Below, in pieces: positions 13,101 to 25,788 of a DNA stretch of 39,942 bases. The notes below the pieces were generated by a model, which searched no databases, had not been told where the DNA came from, and saw only the letters and a program-made list of their open reading frames with translations. The stretch lies in contig NW_021835435.1 in the NCBI RefSeq assembly GCF_006345805.1, positions 1 to 39,942 on the forward strand. Direction: 5' to 3'. Source of the DNA: Octopus sinensis (Eukaryota). Within the stretch, counting starts at the first letter, position 1, and every line of letters starts with the position of its first letter. Made by a program: the position numbers and the translations under genes.

Positions 13101-15504
13101 ATATACACTTAAAAATTTGATTTAATTATAACACTATCAGTATTTAATATAGTGTATTCATTGTAATATCATCCAGGAATATACTGGGGTCCTGAAATGA
13201 AATACACAGCTGAAGGGTGGTACACATCAAGAAAATATATGGCTCTCTTCTGACCTACGTCTGTCCTCACTTCATCCTCTCTAACTATACACAATGTATT
13301 TTATACGTCTGCTAATTTTTTCCAAAGTTTATGATGACAGTAAAATAATTTCAAAATACTTTCATAAAGCCTACAAATTCTATAATTACGAAAATACCTC
13401 AAAGTACAGAAATTCAAAACGGTGTCACTTCTTACAGAAATTATTCATTGAAATATACGAGCGTAATATTTTGCTACGTGCCTTCATTTATATTGCGTTT
13501 CCTATGATGAAGTTGGAAATTAACTGCTAAGTATATAATTTAGGTATATGATTAATTATAAGTATACAACAAAAGATGAATTCCTCATGCAGGAGAACCG
13601 CAGAAGTAAAGAAGACGAGGTCAGTAACCCACTTGTTGAATTACAACTCTGAGATTCAATTATTTCTGCAGTGTAAATTTATCACTTTTATTTCACTGTA
13701 ATAACCCAAGTGCGATAGCAGTCGCTTTTGTGGTATATGTGATAGCCAAGATACCCAACTATATTGTTTTGTCTAACCCTAGGACTAACATTAAATAAGT
13801 ATGCAACATTCCACTACCTCAACAATACATGTCGGCTATTACAGTGTCAGAGCAGTTGTGACAGAGCTGAATTGAAATTGAGCTCAAATCTGTGGCAGAT
13901 TGAATGAACTCTGGCTGAAGTATTAAAACTATATACGGTACGAAATGTAATATTCATGTCCGCTATAAGCAATTGAAGCAGTATTAATCTAAAATAAACT
14001 CCTATTAAAAATATTTAATGTAGATACATTAAAACAATTTGAGGCAATCATCGTACTATTTTTATTCAATATATTCTGTTCATTACAATATGAATTCATT
14101 AGAAATATTACTTGGCAAGTGGTGTGTAATTATTAACCAGTGTCTATAGTTACTTGCCAAAGTAATATGACACTATCAATTCGGATATTAAAGCAATAAC
14201 ACACGAGGTATCAATATCATATATCTATATCAACCATGCTTAAATGATAATTTGTCTAACAGCAATAATGAATACCGGATCAGATAATGTGTCGTATATC
14301 GTAAAATTTTGCATTAAACTCTCATCAATAAATTTCTTGGTTGTATTTGGTTAGCAAAATTCTTTATGTGAACTCGTCTAAGGAAAAACGAAGTTGTATT
14401 TTGGGGAAAGTGACTCCCCACCACCAACTACACCACCACCACACCCCATCTTGAGATACAATGCGATCCCCTGAATATCGACGTGTGACTAAACAGATTT
14501 TATGCTCTCTTTCCATGTCAGCGTGCATTGTAACTTAGGCCATATTATGCTTCTATATAAAAGCAAGCAAGTACTCGGCCATAAAGATGTACTTTGCAAT
14601 AAAGACGTACTCTGCAATATATTCTGTTATTCCTTTTGTAGTTATTTTCTTTATAAGAGAATCTGCATTTTCGTTAACCCAAAGAATGAATACATAATGC
14701 AAAAAATATTGACCTCATCATGTGTATCTCCTGCCAGGACCATGTTAATCCATAAGAATATATATACGCCGCTCCACCTCAACTATGGCAAGTTTGTAAA
14801 AGCAGTGATATAAAATAAACAAAGTCTATATTTCTTCAAATATGGTCTCGACACCTTTGATCTTGTAAAGGCATTTTTACTGCAATTTTCCCCGGAGAAC
14901 ATTTTCTCGGCTCCCTATTTATTTAGTACTCAAAATAATTTACAATCTAGAAATGCATCTACAAGTATTTAGACGTCCTTCTGAACAGATTCGGGCTTTC
15001 TTAAACATTAAGTAGATTACTGGATATTTGGCTACCCTGACTAGATTTGGGATGAATACTTGTGACGTGTCTCATGACCTCCAGGCAGGAGTGATTTGAA
15101 CTCAGAATATAGAGAGTCAGAAGATACACAGTAAAGTATCTCTGCCCAAAAGGCAATGATTCTGCCGCATTTGCGACCGTCGAACAAGGGGAAGTAATGT
15201 GTTTTGCCAACAACGCCCAATCTCTACCAACTCCAGCAATTGGGACTATGATCTAGTGATCTTGTTAGCAACGTCCGATCCACGAGGCCACATGCCTATA
15301 TACGTCATGTATATATGCATGTATAACAAGACAACGCATACATAATGGTCGTAAATTATTTTGCTTTATTGTAGTATATTAAATGTCACTGCACTTCTTG
15401 TAATCTTTATACGTTCGTCATTGACAGGTTTAGTCAATCGATTCATTGATCGGTTGAGATGTGAACGACCGGACAAATTAGCTTCGTCACACAAACACAC
15501 ACAT

Positions 15505-15580
<76 letters not shown>

Positions 15581-15657
15581 TATATATATTGATAAAACGG
15601 TAAGATAACAAAAGAAAGAAAGAGACCTCAATATTATGTAAATAGAGGAAATTTATC

Positions 15658-16184
15658 TATACAATATGTTACATTACTCGGTAGTCAAGATAAAACTCTG
15701 AGTTTCAGATGCCGAAGTGGAAATCCACAACACCATCTCTTCGGAAGGTGCGGTCTATGCGACATGGAGAGATGGCTTACCTGGAAAAGCAGCTTAGACC
15801 CTACTACATGTCTAAATACAAGGACAGAGCTTTTCGGATCATGCCCACATGTGACTAAGTTTCTGTTACGTTTTTGGTCCCCTAAAGAAAACAGATAGAA
15901 CATGCTTTCTACGTTATGTCCCAAGAAGAATTTATATATTTTTATATATTTTTTATATATTTTTTATGTATTTTTATATAATTTTTATGACGAAAAATGC
16001 GACCGATGTATAAGTACGCAGGCAAGCAGAGTTATAACAGAGTAATTTCCCTTTATTTAACGGTATTTTTTCATAACGTTTTCAAATAGCCAGATAACCG
16101 AAGAGATGGTGTTGTGGATTTCCACTTCGGCATCTGAAACTCAGAGTTTTATCTTGACTACCGAGTAATGTAACATATTGTATA
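15658..16184. repeat. Perfect 87-bp inverted repeat with ~350-bp spacer
   Basis: 15658-15744 is the reverse complement of 16098-16184. Confidence 0.95.
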
Positions 16185-16276
16185 TATATATATATGTGTG
16201 TGTGTGTGTATGTGTGTGTGTGTGAGTGTGTGTATGTGTATACATATATATACATATATGTATACATATATATATA

Positions 16277-16397
<121 letters not shown>

Positions 16398-16717
16398 ACA
16401 ATGGGCCTATTACTGTTTCCGTGTTTGAAATCACTGACAAGGGTTCGGTCGGTCCGAGACTAAAGTAGAAGTGCCACGCAGTAGAACTGAACCTGGAACC
16501 ATGGGGTTTCGAATGCAAGATTTTTTCCACAGATTTACATCGAATATCATGCGATTGTTTACACAGACAGACTTGCGCAAACGCACGCAATCAGATACAA
16601 AGATGGAGTCATGCCTTCAAATAAGCATTAAAATATGTTAAAATATTCCAAATAGTATGATTCTGCGATGCGTGTTCAATATGCGTGTAATATGGACCAC
16701 CTTGAATCTGCACATTA

Positions 16718-17062
16718 TTTACAATGGCCGGATAGGTGGCCTCCTCTTGTTTGTTGTTACCACAATGTTTCGGCTGATTTACTCCCTAGCAGCTTTCATC
16801 CGGTGTTCAGGTGGAATTTCGAACCCAACCCTTTATTTGACTAATTGGGTACCCTCTTCTCTTTGCTAAGGTATTCTCTTTTGCTGATGTTATTTTTCCC
16901 CTTGATACTATTTCCCAACTCCCTGACTAGAATTTAACTCAGAATCGGAGGGTTAGTAGCCCGCACTCTTATCCAAGACCTGACGAAGGCTGCAAAGTAC
17001 ATCAGCTAAAACGTTGTGGTAGCAATAAACGAGGCGAGGACACTTATCAGTCCATTGTAATT
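16718..17062. mobile_element. Inverted pair of degenerate Penelope-like pLTR/hammerhead fragments
   Basis: 16718-16805 is the diverged reverse complement of 16978-17062 (CTGACGAAGGCTG..CAGCTAAAACGTTGTGG). Same family as 6590-6700. Confidence 0.5.
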
Positions 17063-17486
17063 TCTCTTCTCAAAAATATAGAATAGAACGTAAAACTGCA
17101 CTGTTCGTTTTCGAGAGAACATTTCGTGTAGCTCGTAGAGGGCTAAACGTCACAGAAATATTAGCTGCAGGAGAGTGTCCAACAGCTGCAGTGGAATTGC
17201 TAACTCCTTATTTCTGTATCTTTACATGTCATCAGCAGCAAGTATTCAATGTCATCGGCATACTTAGACAAATTTAACCTTTAATAATATAGAAAAAAAA
17301 ACATTCATTGGCAAATACCTAGTGCCACAAAAAGGTGGCGGGGTTCATCAATATTCCTTTTTATCAACCGAAATAGTATTTGTTCAAAATAGCATTCTGT
17401 ATATGTTACTTAACATGGATATATTGCAGAAAGCCTCAAAACTGAATTCTTCGACTTGAGACAGGTTCTCGTGTGGAGGTATAATG

Positions 17487-17710
17487 CTGGCAGAATTGTT
17501 AGCATGCCGGACGAAATGCTTAGCGGTATTTCGTCTGCCGCTACGTTCTGAGTTCAAATTCCGCCGAGGTCGACTTTGCCTTTCATCCTTTCGGGGTCGT
17601 TTAAATAAGTACCAGTTACGCACTGGGGTCGATATAATCGACTTAAGCCGTTTGTCTGTCCTTGTTTGTCCTCTCTGTGTTTAGCCCCTTGTGGGTAGTA
17701 AAGAAATAGG
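17487..17710 (+). mobile_element. SINE family 3
   Basis: TGGCAGAATTG / GAGTTCAAATTCC boxes plus the core. Confidence 0.85.
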
Positions 17711-18096
17711 CATAGTGCTAACAGGTGCAGATGTATATCAGTAAAAGAGGAAAGGCGTCTAGCAGCGTTGGTGGTATTGCTAACTTAGAATTTCTGCGTC
17801 TTTGCTGGTCGTCAGTAGGTAATATATACACAATGAAGTTCCTGCTTCAACAAATCTACTGATAAAGGAAAGCAACTTTTTCAAAACGTGATGTACATCA
17901 AAAGCTGACGTGTCATTGTTTCATGTAAATCATTCAAAGCATAAACACGAGAAAATGATGTGACAGAACTTCGAACAATTCTTTTAATTATTCTAGTGAC
18001 AGAAACCACCTGTTGCAGGACACGTCTGCAGGTAGATCCAAGCTAAACTGGCGGCCATTTCATTGTCCATCGTTTTGTTCAGTACGGATATTCACG

Positions 18097-18133
18097 ATGA
18101 AAGTATCAACGTATGTTTTACTTCTTCTTTTCG
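18097..18133 (+). CDS. Gene C exon 1, signal peptide MKVSTYVLLLLF(G)
   Basis: ATG 18097, phase-1 donor G|gtatgt. An upstream acceptor (ttttgttcag| at 18082) suggests a spliced 5'UTR. Spliced product MKVSTYVLLLLFGVAA is a classic signal peptide. Confidence 0.75.
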
Positions 18134-18219
18134 GTATGTAACATGTGATATGAATTTCTATATTTTCGTGAACGTTGCACACCAATGTAACAGTTCTCTA
18201 ATTCTGTCACTCTGACGCC

Positions 18220-18400
<181 letters not shown>

Positions 18401-18427
18401 TTATATACGCACGGTGCAGACGAAATA

Positions 18428-18565
18428 CTATTTCTTTACTACCCACAAGGGGCTAAACACAGAGGGGACAAACAAGGAGGGACAAACGGATTAAGTCGAT
18501 TATATCGACCCCGGTGCGTAACTGGTACTTATTTAATCCACCCCGAAAGGATGAAAGGCAAAGTC
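18428..18565 (-). mobile_element. SINE family 3, 3' half
   Basis: Reverse complement of 17572-17709. Confidence 0.85.
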
Positions 18566-18749
18566 TTACTCTGTAGAGGAGAACGTATTATTATAAATCA
18601 TTTCATATGTTCATTGCAAATATGCTGAATTGTGTCACTAAATACTGTAAACGATATTTGTTATTCAGGACACATTGACAGTAAATTATATGATATTATT
18701 TTAAAATCCGTCCATCATTATCTTACATGCCAATGTATTCCAAAGTTTG

Positions 18750-19138
18750 GTGGAGGCGCAATGGCCCAGTGGTTAGAGCAGCGGACTCGCGGTCGTAGGA
18801 TCGTGGTTTCGATTCCAAGACCGGGCGTTGTGAGTGTTTATTGAGCGAAAACACCTAAAAGCTCCACGAGGCTCCGGCAGGGGATGGTGGTGATCGCTAC
18901 TGTACTCTTTCACCACAACTTTCTCTCGCTCTTTCTTCCTGTTTCTGTTGTACCTGTATTTCAAAGAGCCTGCCTTGTCACTCTCTGTGTCACGCTGAAT
19001 ATTCCCGAGAACTACGTTAAGGGTACACGTGTCTGTGGAGTGCTCAGCCACTTACACGTTAATTTCACGAGCAGGCAGTTCCGTTGGTCGGATCAACCGG
19101 AACCCTCATCGTCGTAACCGATGGAGTGCTTCCATTCC
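18750..19138 (+). mobile_element. tRNA-derived SINE, family 1
   Basis: Full length; TSD attccaaagtttg. Confidence 0.92.
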
Positions 19139-20057
19139 ATTCCAAAGTTTGAAAGTTTCCCGTACTTTATTTAACGAAACATACGGTGGATAACTGGCAC
19201 ACTCGTTAGCATCACTTTTAGGTTCTATTTTCAAATTTAAACGAAGTCACTCTTATTTTTCATCCTTTCGTTGTCTATAAAATATTTGAATACTGCGGTC
19301 GATGACATCTGCTAAACCTCTCAACACAAAATTTCAGGTTGTGTGACTTTAGAAGAGAGAAACATTTTAAATTGGCAAGTAAGAAGTATCCCGGACGAAA
19401 TGCTGTTAAGCATTTTGTCCGTCTTTACGTTTCGAGTTCAAGGTCCGCCGAAGTCGAAATTGCCTTTCATCCTTACGGCAACCGTAAAATAAATACAAGT
19501 TGAGCACTTGAATGCGACGTTATCGATTAACCAACTACTTAGATATTTCAGGTTTTGTCCCCATAATAAAAAGGGTTGTTAAATGAAACACAACACATTG
19601 CCCTTCTTAAAATTGGTTTCCTTGAATATGTGTGAAAACACTATCAAAATATTCCATGTGTACATGTACAATGATTTTGAGCGTTCTATAACGGAGTTGA
19701 TATAATTCTAAAACTTTGTCAATTAGTGAGGATTAAACTATATTTATAAAGGCTTACAGATAAAATCCCCGCATCAGACACATTTCACTGTGCAACACGA
19801 TTGCTGAACTTGGGTAGCAATTGTTATTTCCTGTTTGGTTATTCGTAGAAAATACGAAAATCGGTTATATTTCCTTCAAACTTTGCATTTATTATATCTA
19901 TTCAAATCCCAAAGAATCGCTCTAAACAAATGATTATGATGGTTCCCCACTACTCTTGCTCATGATCAGAGTTGCACATATTGTCAGTCACTAAGGGACA
20001 TAGTCAAGTTGTTAAGGTCAAGCAACTGACAAGCAAATCTTTGATATTGAGCAGAAT

Positions 20058-20442
20058 GATGGAAGCACTCCGTCGGTTAAGACGACGAGGGTTCCGGTTG
20101 ATCGATTAACGGAACAGCCTGCTCGTGAAATTAACGTGTAAGTGGCTGAGCACTCCACAGACACGTGTACCCTTAACGTAGTTCTCGGGGATATTCAGCG
20201 TGACACAGAGAGTGACAAGGCCGGTCCTTTGAAATACATGTACAACAGAAACAGGAAGTAAGAGTGACAGAAAGTTGTGGTGAAAGAGTACAGCAGGGAT
20301 CACCACCGTCCCTGCCGGAGCCTCGTGGGGCTTTAGGTGTTTTCGCTCAATAAACACTCACAACGCCCGCTCTGGGAATCGAAACCGCGACCCTCCGACC
20401 GCGAGTCCGCTGCCCTAACCACTGGGCCATTGCGCCTCCACG
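20058..20442 (-). mobile_element. tRNA-derived SINE, family 1
   Basis: Full length; TSD attgagcagaat. Confidence 0.92.
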
Positions 20443-20826
20443 ATTGAGCAGAATATTTGCTATAACAATATGCCAGCTTCAGCAGGCGCAGCGCTGAATC
20501 TGTCTGAAATGAAATAGAAAATAGGTTAGTTTCAAAATATTGATAACCATGTAACAAAAGCAAAGTTTAAAGGGAATAGTAGTCCTTTCATATCTACATA
20601 GATGCGAATACGAAATAACACTGACCAAAATGTAAATGAAAATAAAAATAAAAGTCTTCTCACGCAGTGTTATTATTTCGGCAGCATGAAAACAATAATC
20701 TAGCTTTCCTCAGTTTCGTTTCAGACACGGAAAATATTTACATGGTTTGTGGTATATTTTGTAGCAATATTCAATCCATTACGAAAAACCACTTCAAATA
20801 CTTGACAGAAACATTTTGTTTTGCAG

Positions 20827-20917
20827 GAGTGGCTGCGACATTCGATTGCGGATTTATTGCAAATGCCAATTGTCCTGTCTCTTTTAAAGAGTTTAATGAA
20901 CATGCATATCCCTGCAG
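20827..20917 (+). CDS. Gene C exon 2: VAATFDCGFIANANCPVSFKEFNEHAYPC(R)
   Basis: ttttgttttgcag| ... TGCAG|gtatat, 91 nt, phases 1/2. Confidence 0.85.
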
Positions 20918-21241
20918 GTATATAATCTTACTACTGTTCATTATAATACAATTCATATCTCTATAAACGATATCATATTTATAGTTGCACGCACATTCAC
21001 ATACACACAGAGGTACAGATAGGTTATATTATAGTATGCGTATGTGCTTGTGTATAGATATAGTGAGAATTTACAAAAAAAGAAAAGACAAAAAAACCCA
21101 AAACGAAGACGGGTGTGTAAACAACAAACAGCTGTATTAGTTTAACGCTCGGGAATTGAGATTGCCTTTTACATTTCGAGCCTACGCTCTTCAACAGAGA
21201 GGAAAACAGAAATAACGGAGTTAGAAAACAGGGAGATCCAC

Positions 21242-21276
<35 letters not shown>

Positions 21277-21688
21277 CATTATATATGGATTATATATACA
21301 TATATGTATATACTTATGTGTTTTTATATATATATATATATTATATATATATATATATATATAATATATATATATATATTATATATATATATATATCTAG
21401 CTATCTTTCTCTCTCTTTCTCTCTCACTATATATATGTTTGTGTGTGAGTGTGTCTGTGTGTGCAAATGTTTATAGAGAAAGAGAAAGGTCGGTAAATGA
21501 ACAGAAAGTCAGGGAGATTATGACGAGGATTGTATCGTTGTAACTATTTGATGTTGTACAACAACGCTGGCCGTAAAAATCACGCGCAATGCTGTAGCTT
21601 TCGAATGATACCACCTATCAGATTATGCAGGTAGGACAATATCAGTATATGCACATACACACATGCATATATACCTGTATTATACACA

Positions 21689-21735
<47 letters not shown>

Positions 21736-21923
21736 ATATATTTATATATGCATCGTAACGCATACCCACTTTCTTTATTGTAAAATATTCCTTGAAAATT
21801 TTATTGTGCGTATATATATATATATACATATATATACATATATACGCACAATATATATATGCGATGCATATATAAATATGTGTGTGTGTATGAATGTGTG
21901 TATAATACAGGTATATATGCATG

Positions 21924-21964
<41 letters not shown>

Positions 21965-21966
<2 letters not shown>

Positions 21967-22175
21967 CCGTATATATGTACCGTTGGCGATTTTTGTACCC
22001 TCCGTCTTCCCTTCCTTGGATCTTTCCTTTTCCTATGTGTCTGACGAAGAGCTCCGCTCGAAACGTTAAGTTCTCCTTCTTTCCTTATTTTCCTGAGCGT
22101 CCAATAACACTATACATATTCTACGTCCTCGCGTTGTTGTGTTTTCTCTTGCGTTTTCATGTTTGGATTAGCTTT

Positions 22176-22180
<5 letters not shown>
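21965..22180 (+). mobile_element. Penelope-like terminal (pLTR) fragment with hammerhead core, inserted in (TA)n
   Basis: CTGACGA A GAGC tcc GCTC GAAACGTT at 22041-22068. Related degenerate copies at ~5011 (+), ~5960 (-) and ~21170 (-). Confidence 0.55.
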
Positions 22181-22230
<50 letters not shown>

Positions 22231-22296
22231 GGTCCCGGGTTGAGTCGGGGTTAACCACAGTAAATAAGGTACTCAATACATAGCAGAGTAAATTAC

Positions 22297-22414
22297 TTTA
22301 TTTTATAGAAGGAGCTTCTACAGGACTAGGACTGTTTCATTCAAAAGAAATCATCGATGATTTCTTTTGAATGAAACAGTTCTAGTCCTGTAGAAGCTCC
22401 TTCTATAAAATAAA
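22297..22414. repeat. Loopless 118-bp palindrome
   Basis: 59-bp arms, 1 mismatch, centre ATCGAT. Confidence 0.95.
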
Positions 22415-22878
22415 ATATATATATATGGTCTAAGCATTAAGGTTAAGAAAATATGTTAGATTCAGTATCTAAGTGGTTACATGTACTTCAGAGAACTATG
22501 GAAAGTTATTATCATAATACCCGAATCAATACTGTATCGATAGAAAATATCATAAAGGAATTTTACCTAACTAAATATATATCAATACGTTATTTCATTT
22601 ACTTGAAAAGAAATTATTTTAAAAACCTTCGTGAGATATGAAATAAATCATTTCAACGCTGAAGTAAAATATATCTGCATGAATAACAGTAGGCAGGACC
22701 AAACAATCTCTGAATCGAAAATTCTCCGATGCATTATTATACACTTTGAGCGACACCATTAAAGTAACCTCGTAAATGTCTATATTTTTAAGCGGTACTT
22801 TACCAGCTCCTCTATGCAGTACGGTATTAGCTGTATAACAAATTTAAGGCTGATTGAGAAGATAATTACATCACCGTC

Positions 22879-23212
22879 GAGTGAGGGCGCGTGGCTTAGT
22901 GGTTAGGGCATTCGGCTCATGATTGTAAGGTTGTGAGTTCGATTCCCGGCGACGCGTTGTGTCCTTGAGCAAGACACTTCATTTCACGTTGCTCCAGTCC
23001 ACTCAGCTGGCAAAAATGAGTTGTACTTGTATTTCAAAGGGTCAGCCTTGTCACTCTCTGTGTCACGCTGATTATCCCCGAGAACTACGTTAAGGGTACA
23101 CGTGTCTGTGGAATGCTCAGCCATTTGCACGTTAATTTCACGAGCAAGCTGTTCCGTTGATTCGTATCAGCTGGGACCCTCGTCGTCGTAACCGGCGGAG
23201 TCTTTTTTTTTA
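22879..23212 (+). mobile_element. SINE with a different tRNA head/core and the family-1 3' half
   Basis: GTGGCTTAGTGG / GAGTTCGATTCC boxes; TSD acatcaccgtc. Confidence 0.88.
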
Positions 23213-23784
23213 ACATCACCGTCATCATTGTTCGACCGTGGTCGAGACAATGGAATTTACTTTGTTACGCCAGACTTCACGGTCCATCATATCATTACGG
23301 AGGTCCTGTTGCTAGAAAGGGTATGGCCTGGTCAGCCTGTAATGACATGCATAAGATCTGGTCATCAAATTAAGTAGAGACTTCAAACTTGAAATAGTCA
23401 AAGCCACAGTCGAACCAATTCTACTATATGGCTCAGAAACCTGGACGTTATCAAAGAAGCTTGAAAGGCGGTTGGATGGAACCTACACTCGCCTCCTTAT
23501 GAGAGCTCAAAATCTCTCGTGGAAGCGCCATCCAACCAACATGCAAATGTATGGGAAACTACCACCTGTGTCATCTCTTGTGAAAGGTAGGAGAGTCCAG
23601 TTTGCTGGACATTGTTGTAGAGCTGAAAAAGAAGTAATTTCTACTCTTCTCCCATGGAAGCCATCTACTCGCAATACCAGAGGGCGCACACTCTCCTACC
23701 TTGATGTAATCTCCAGGGATACAGGCATCTAGCAACAGGACCTCCGTAATGCGATGATGGACCGTGAAGTCTGGCGGTCGAACA

Positions 23785-23820
<36 letters not shown>

Positions 23821-24103
23821 TATCCTTGGAGATTACATCAAGGTAGGAGTGTGTGCGCCCTCTGGTATCGCAATTACCTCGCTTTCAGTTCTACAACAAT
23901 GTCCAGCAAACTGGACTCTTCTACCGTTCACAAGAGATAATACAGGTGGTAATTTCCCATATATTTGTACTTTGGTTGGATGACGCTTCCACGAGAGATT
24001 TTGAGCTCTCATAAGGAGGCGAGTGTAAGTTCCATCCAACCGTCTCCCAAGCTTCTTTGATAACGTCCAGGTTTCTGAGCCATATAGTAGAATTGGTTCG
24101 ACC
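23213..24103. mobile_element. RTE-clade LINE 3' fragments in -/+/- arrangement
   Basis: VEPILLYGSETWTLSKKL..RRVQFAGHCCR on + (23325-23820, (GAT)n tail) and on - (23822-24103). An extra inverted 3' piece lies at 23213-23315. Confidence 0.85.
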
Positions 24104-24271
24104 ATACTTACAATATAACAGGGTGTTAATGTTATGCATTTCGATTACGAAAAATGTAAGTAACTTGATCCCTACCGAATCTAAGAAAACGAAATCGAAA
24201 TGAAAAGAAAATGACCCTAAGAATTCGGACGATTATTTGCAAATGATAATATATTTTGTGTTTTATTCCAG

Positions 24272-24359
24272 ACACTTCGGCAAATTTGCAACTTGTATTA
24301 ACCAAGCGAGTATACGATGTTCCCAATATTACCACAAAAAGTTTTCTAAGATGTGTCCG
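24272..24359 (+). CDS. Gene C exon 3: HFGKFATCINQASIRCSQYYHKKFSKMCP
   Basis: ttttattccag| ... CCG|gtaata, 88 nt, phases 2/0. Homologous to 8337-8421. Confidence 0.85.
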
Positions 24360-24566
24360 GTAATAATTTATTTCTCTTAGTTAAATTCTCCTTGACAGGA
24401 CGCTTCGTCTTTGGCGCTGCATTTCAAAGCGATAAAATGCGTAAATTTCAATACGTACCTATATATTAAACTACATACATATATGCATACATAAACACAC
24501 ACACATATATGTATAAATATGTGACATATACCCATCTATATATATATATATATATATACATACGCA

Positions 24567-24943
24567 GGCGCAGGAGTGGCTGTGTGGTAAGTAGCTTGCT
24601 AACCAACCACATGGTTCCGGGTTCAGTCCCACTGCGTGGCATCTTGGGCAAGTGTCTTCTGCTATAGCCCCGGGCCGACCAATGCCTTGTGAGTGGATTT
24701 GGTAGACGGAAACTGAAAGAAGCCTGTCGTATATATGTATATATATATATATGTATGCGTGTGTTTGTGTGTCTATGTTTGTCCCTCTAGCATTGCTTGA
24801 CAACCGATGCTGGTGTGTTTAGGTCCCCGTCACTTAGCGGTTCGGCAAAAAGAGACCGATAGAATAAGTACTAAAAGGTGGTGCTCCAGCATGGCCGCAG
24901 TCAAATGACTGAAACAAGTAAAAGAGTAAAGAGTAAAAGAGTA
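24567..24943 (+). mobile_element. tRNA-derived SINE, family 2 (internal TA/TG microsatellite, (AAAGAGT)n tail)
   Basis: GTGGCTGTGTGG / GGTTCAGTCCC boxes; three copies in the window. Confidence 0.9.
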
Positions 24944-25351
24944 TACATACATACTCAGATACACACACACACGCACACAGACACACTAAACATATGTGTG
25001 TGTGTGTGTGTGCGTGTTTACTCTCAGCTATGTGCCTGTGACTGGCTGTGTGTGTATCTACGTATGCCTTGTACATATATATTTCCACGTATGAGAATAA
25101 AAGAACCAAAGAGAAAAGTCAATGTAATATATTTATGGATCTCTACGTGCAAATTTCTTGTATCCGCAATTTTATTTCTGGATTTCTTAAACAACATGTA
25201 AGAGTAAAACATCAACATCTATTTTAAATTGCCATATGCAGAGTGAAGAGCAATGATTTACTGATGCGTTCTAGCAAATTAGAACACGAATACGTTAAAC
25301 GATGATTGACTTTCATCATCGGAAAACAACTCCTTTCAGACAAACATATGC

Positions 25352-25788
25352 TTACTCTTTTACTTTTACTCTTTTACTCTTTTACTCTTTTACTTGTTTC
25401 AGTCATTTGACTGCGGCCATGCTGGAGCACCGCCTTTAATCGAGTAACTTGACACCGGGAATTATTCTTTTGTAAGCCCAGTACTTATTCTATCGGTCTC
25501 TTTTGCCGAACCGCTAAGTAACGGGGACATAAACACACCAGCATCGGTTGTCAAGCAATGCTAGGGGGACAAACACATACACACAAACACACACACGCAT
25601 ATACACATATATATATACATATATACGACGGGCTTCTTTCAGTTTCCGTCTACCAAATCCACTCACAAGGCTTTGGTCGGCCCGAGGCTATAGTAGAAGA
25701 CACTTCCCCAAGGTGCCACGCAGTGGGACTGAACCCGGAACCATGTGGTTGGTAAACAAGCTACTTACCTCACAGCCACTCCTGCGCC
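25352..25788 (-). mobile_element. tRNA-derived SINE, family 2
   Basis: Reverse complement of 24567-24943 and 30658-31087. Confidence 0.9.

Larger units (their letters stand above)
11727..14560 (+). pseudogene. Paralog B (pseudogene) of the six-Cys family
   Basis: Signal exon MMFFVYLLILFVIL(G) at 11727-11769 has donor 'ataatt' instead of gt. Exon 12136-12263 (IFICNTIACSSSRDVSLKLFD vs TFDCGFIANANCPVSFKEFN) contains a stop. Exon 13177-~13263 has TGA/GGT/CGT at the Cys positions. Microexon 13593-13619 (ENRRSKEDE) is intact. The terminal exon at 14517 has acceptor cag>cat and a deletion. Confidence 0.75.

Noticed and set aside
13746-13910. PAN/apple-like translation TILFCLTLGLTLNKYATFHYLNNTCRLL
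   Set aside because: Cys set is incomplete, there is no good acceptor, and the N-terminal part is not conserved in the gene A copy. Kept only within the conserved-intron finding.
20918-20966. Intron read-through of gene C exon 2 gives a hydrophobic tail (YIILLLFIIIQFISL*)
   Set aside because: It would leave three cysteines, is not conserved in gene A, and is likely chance in AT-rich sequence.
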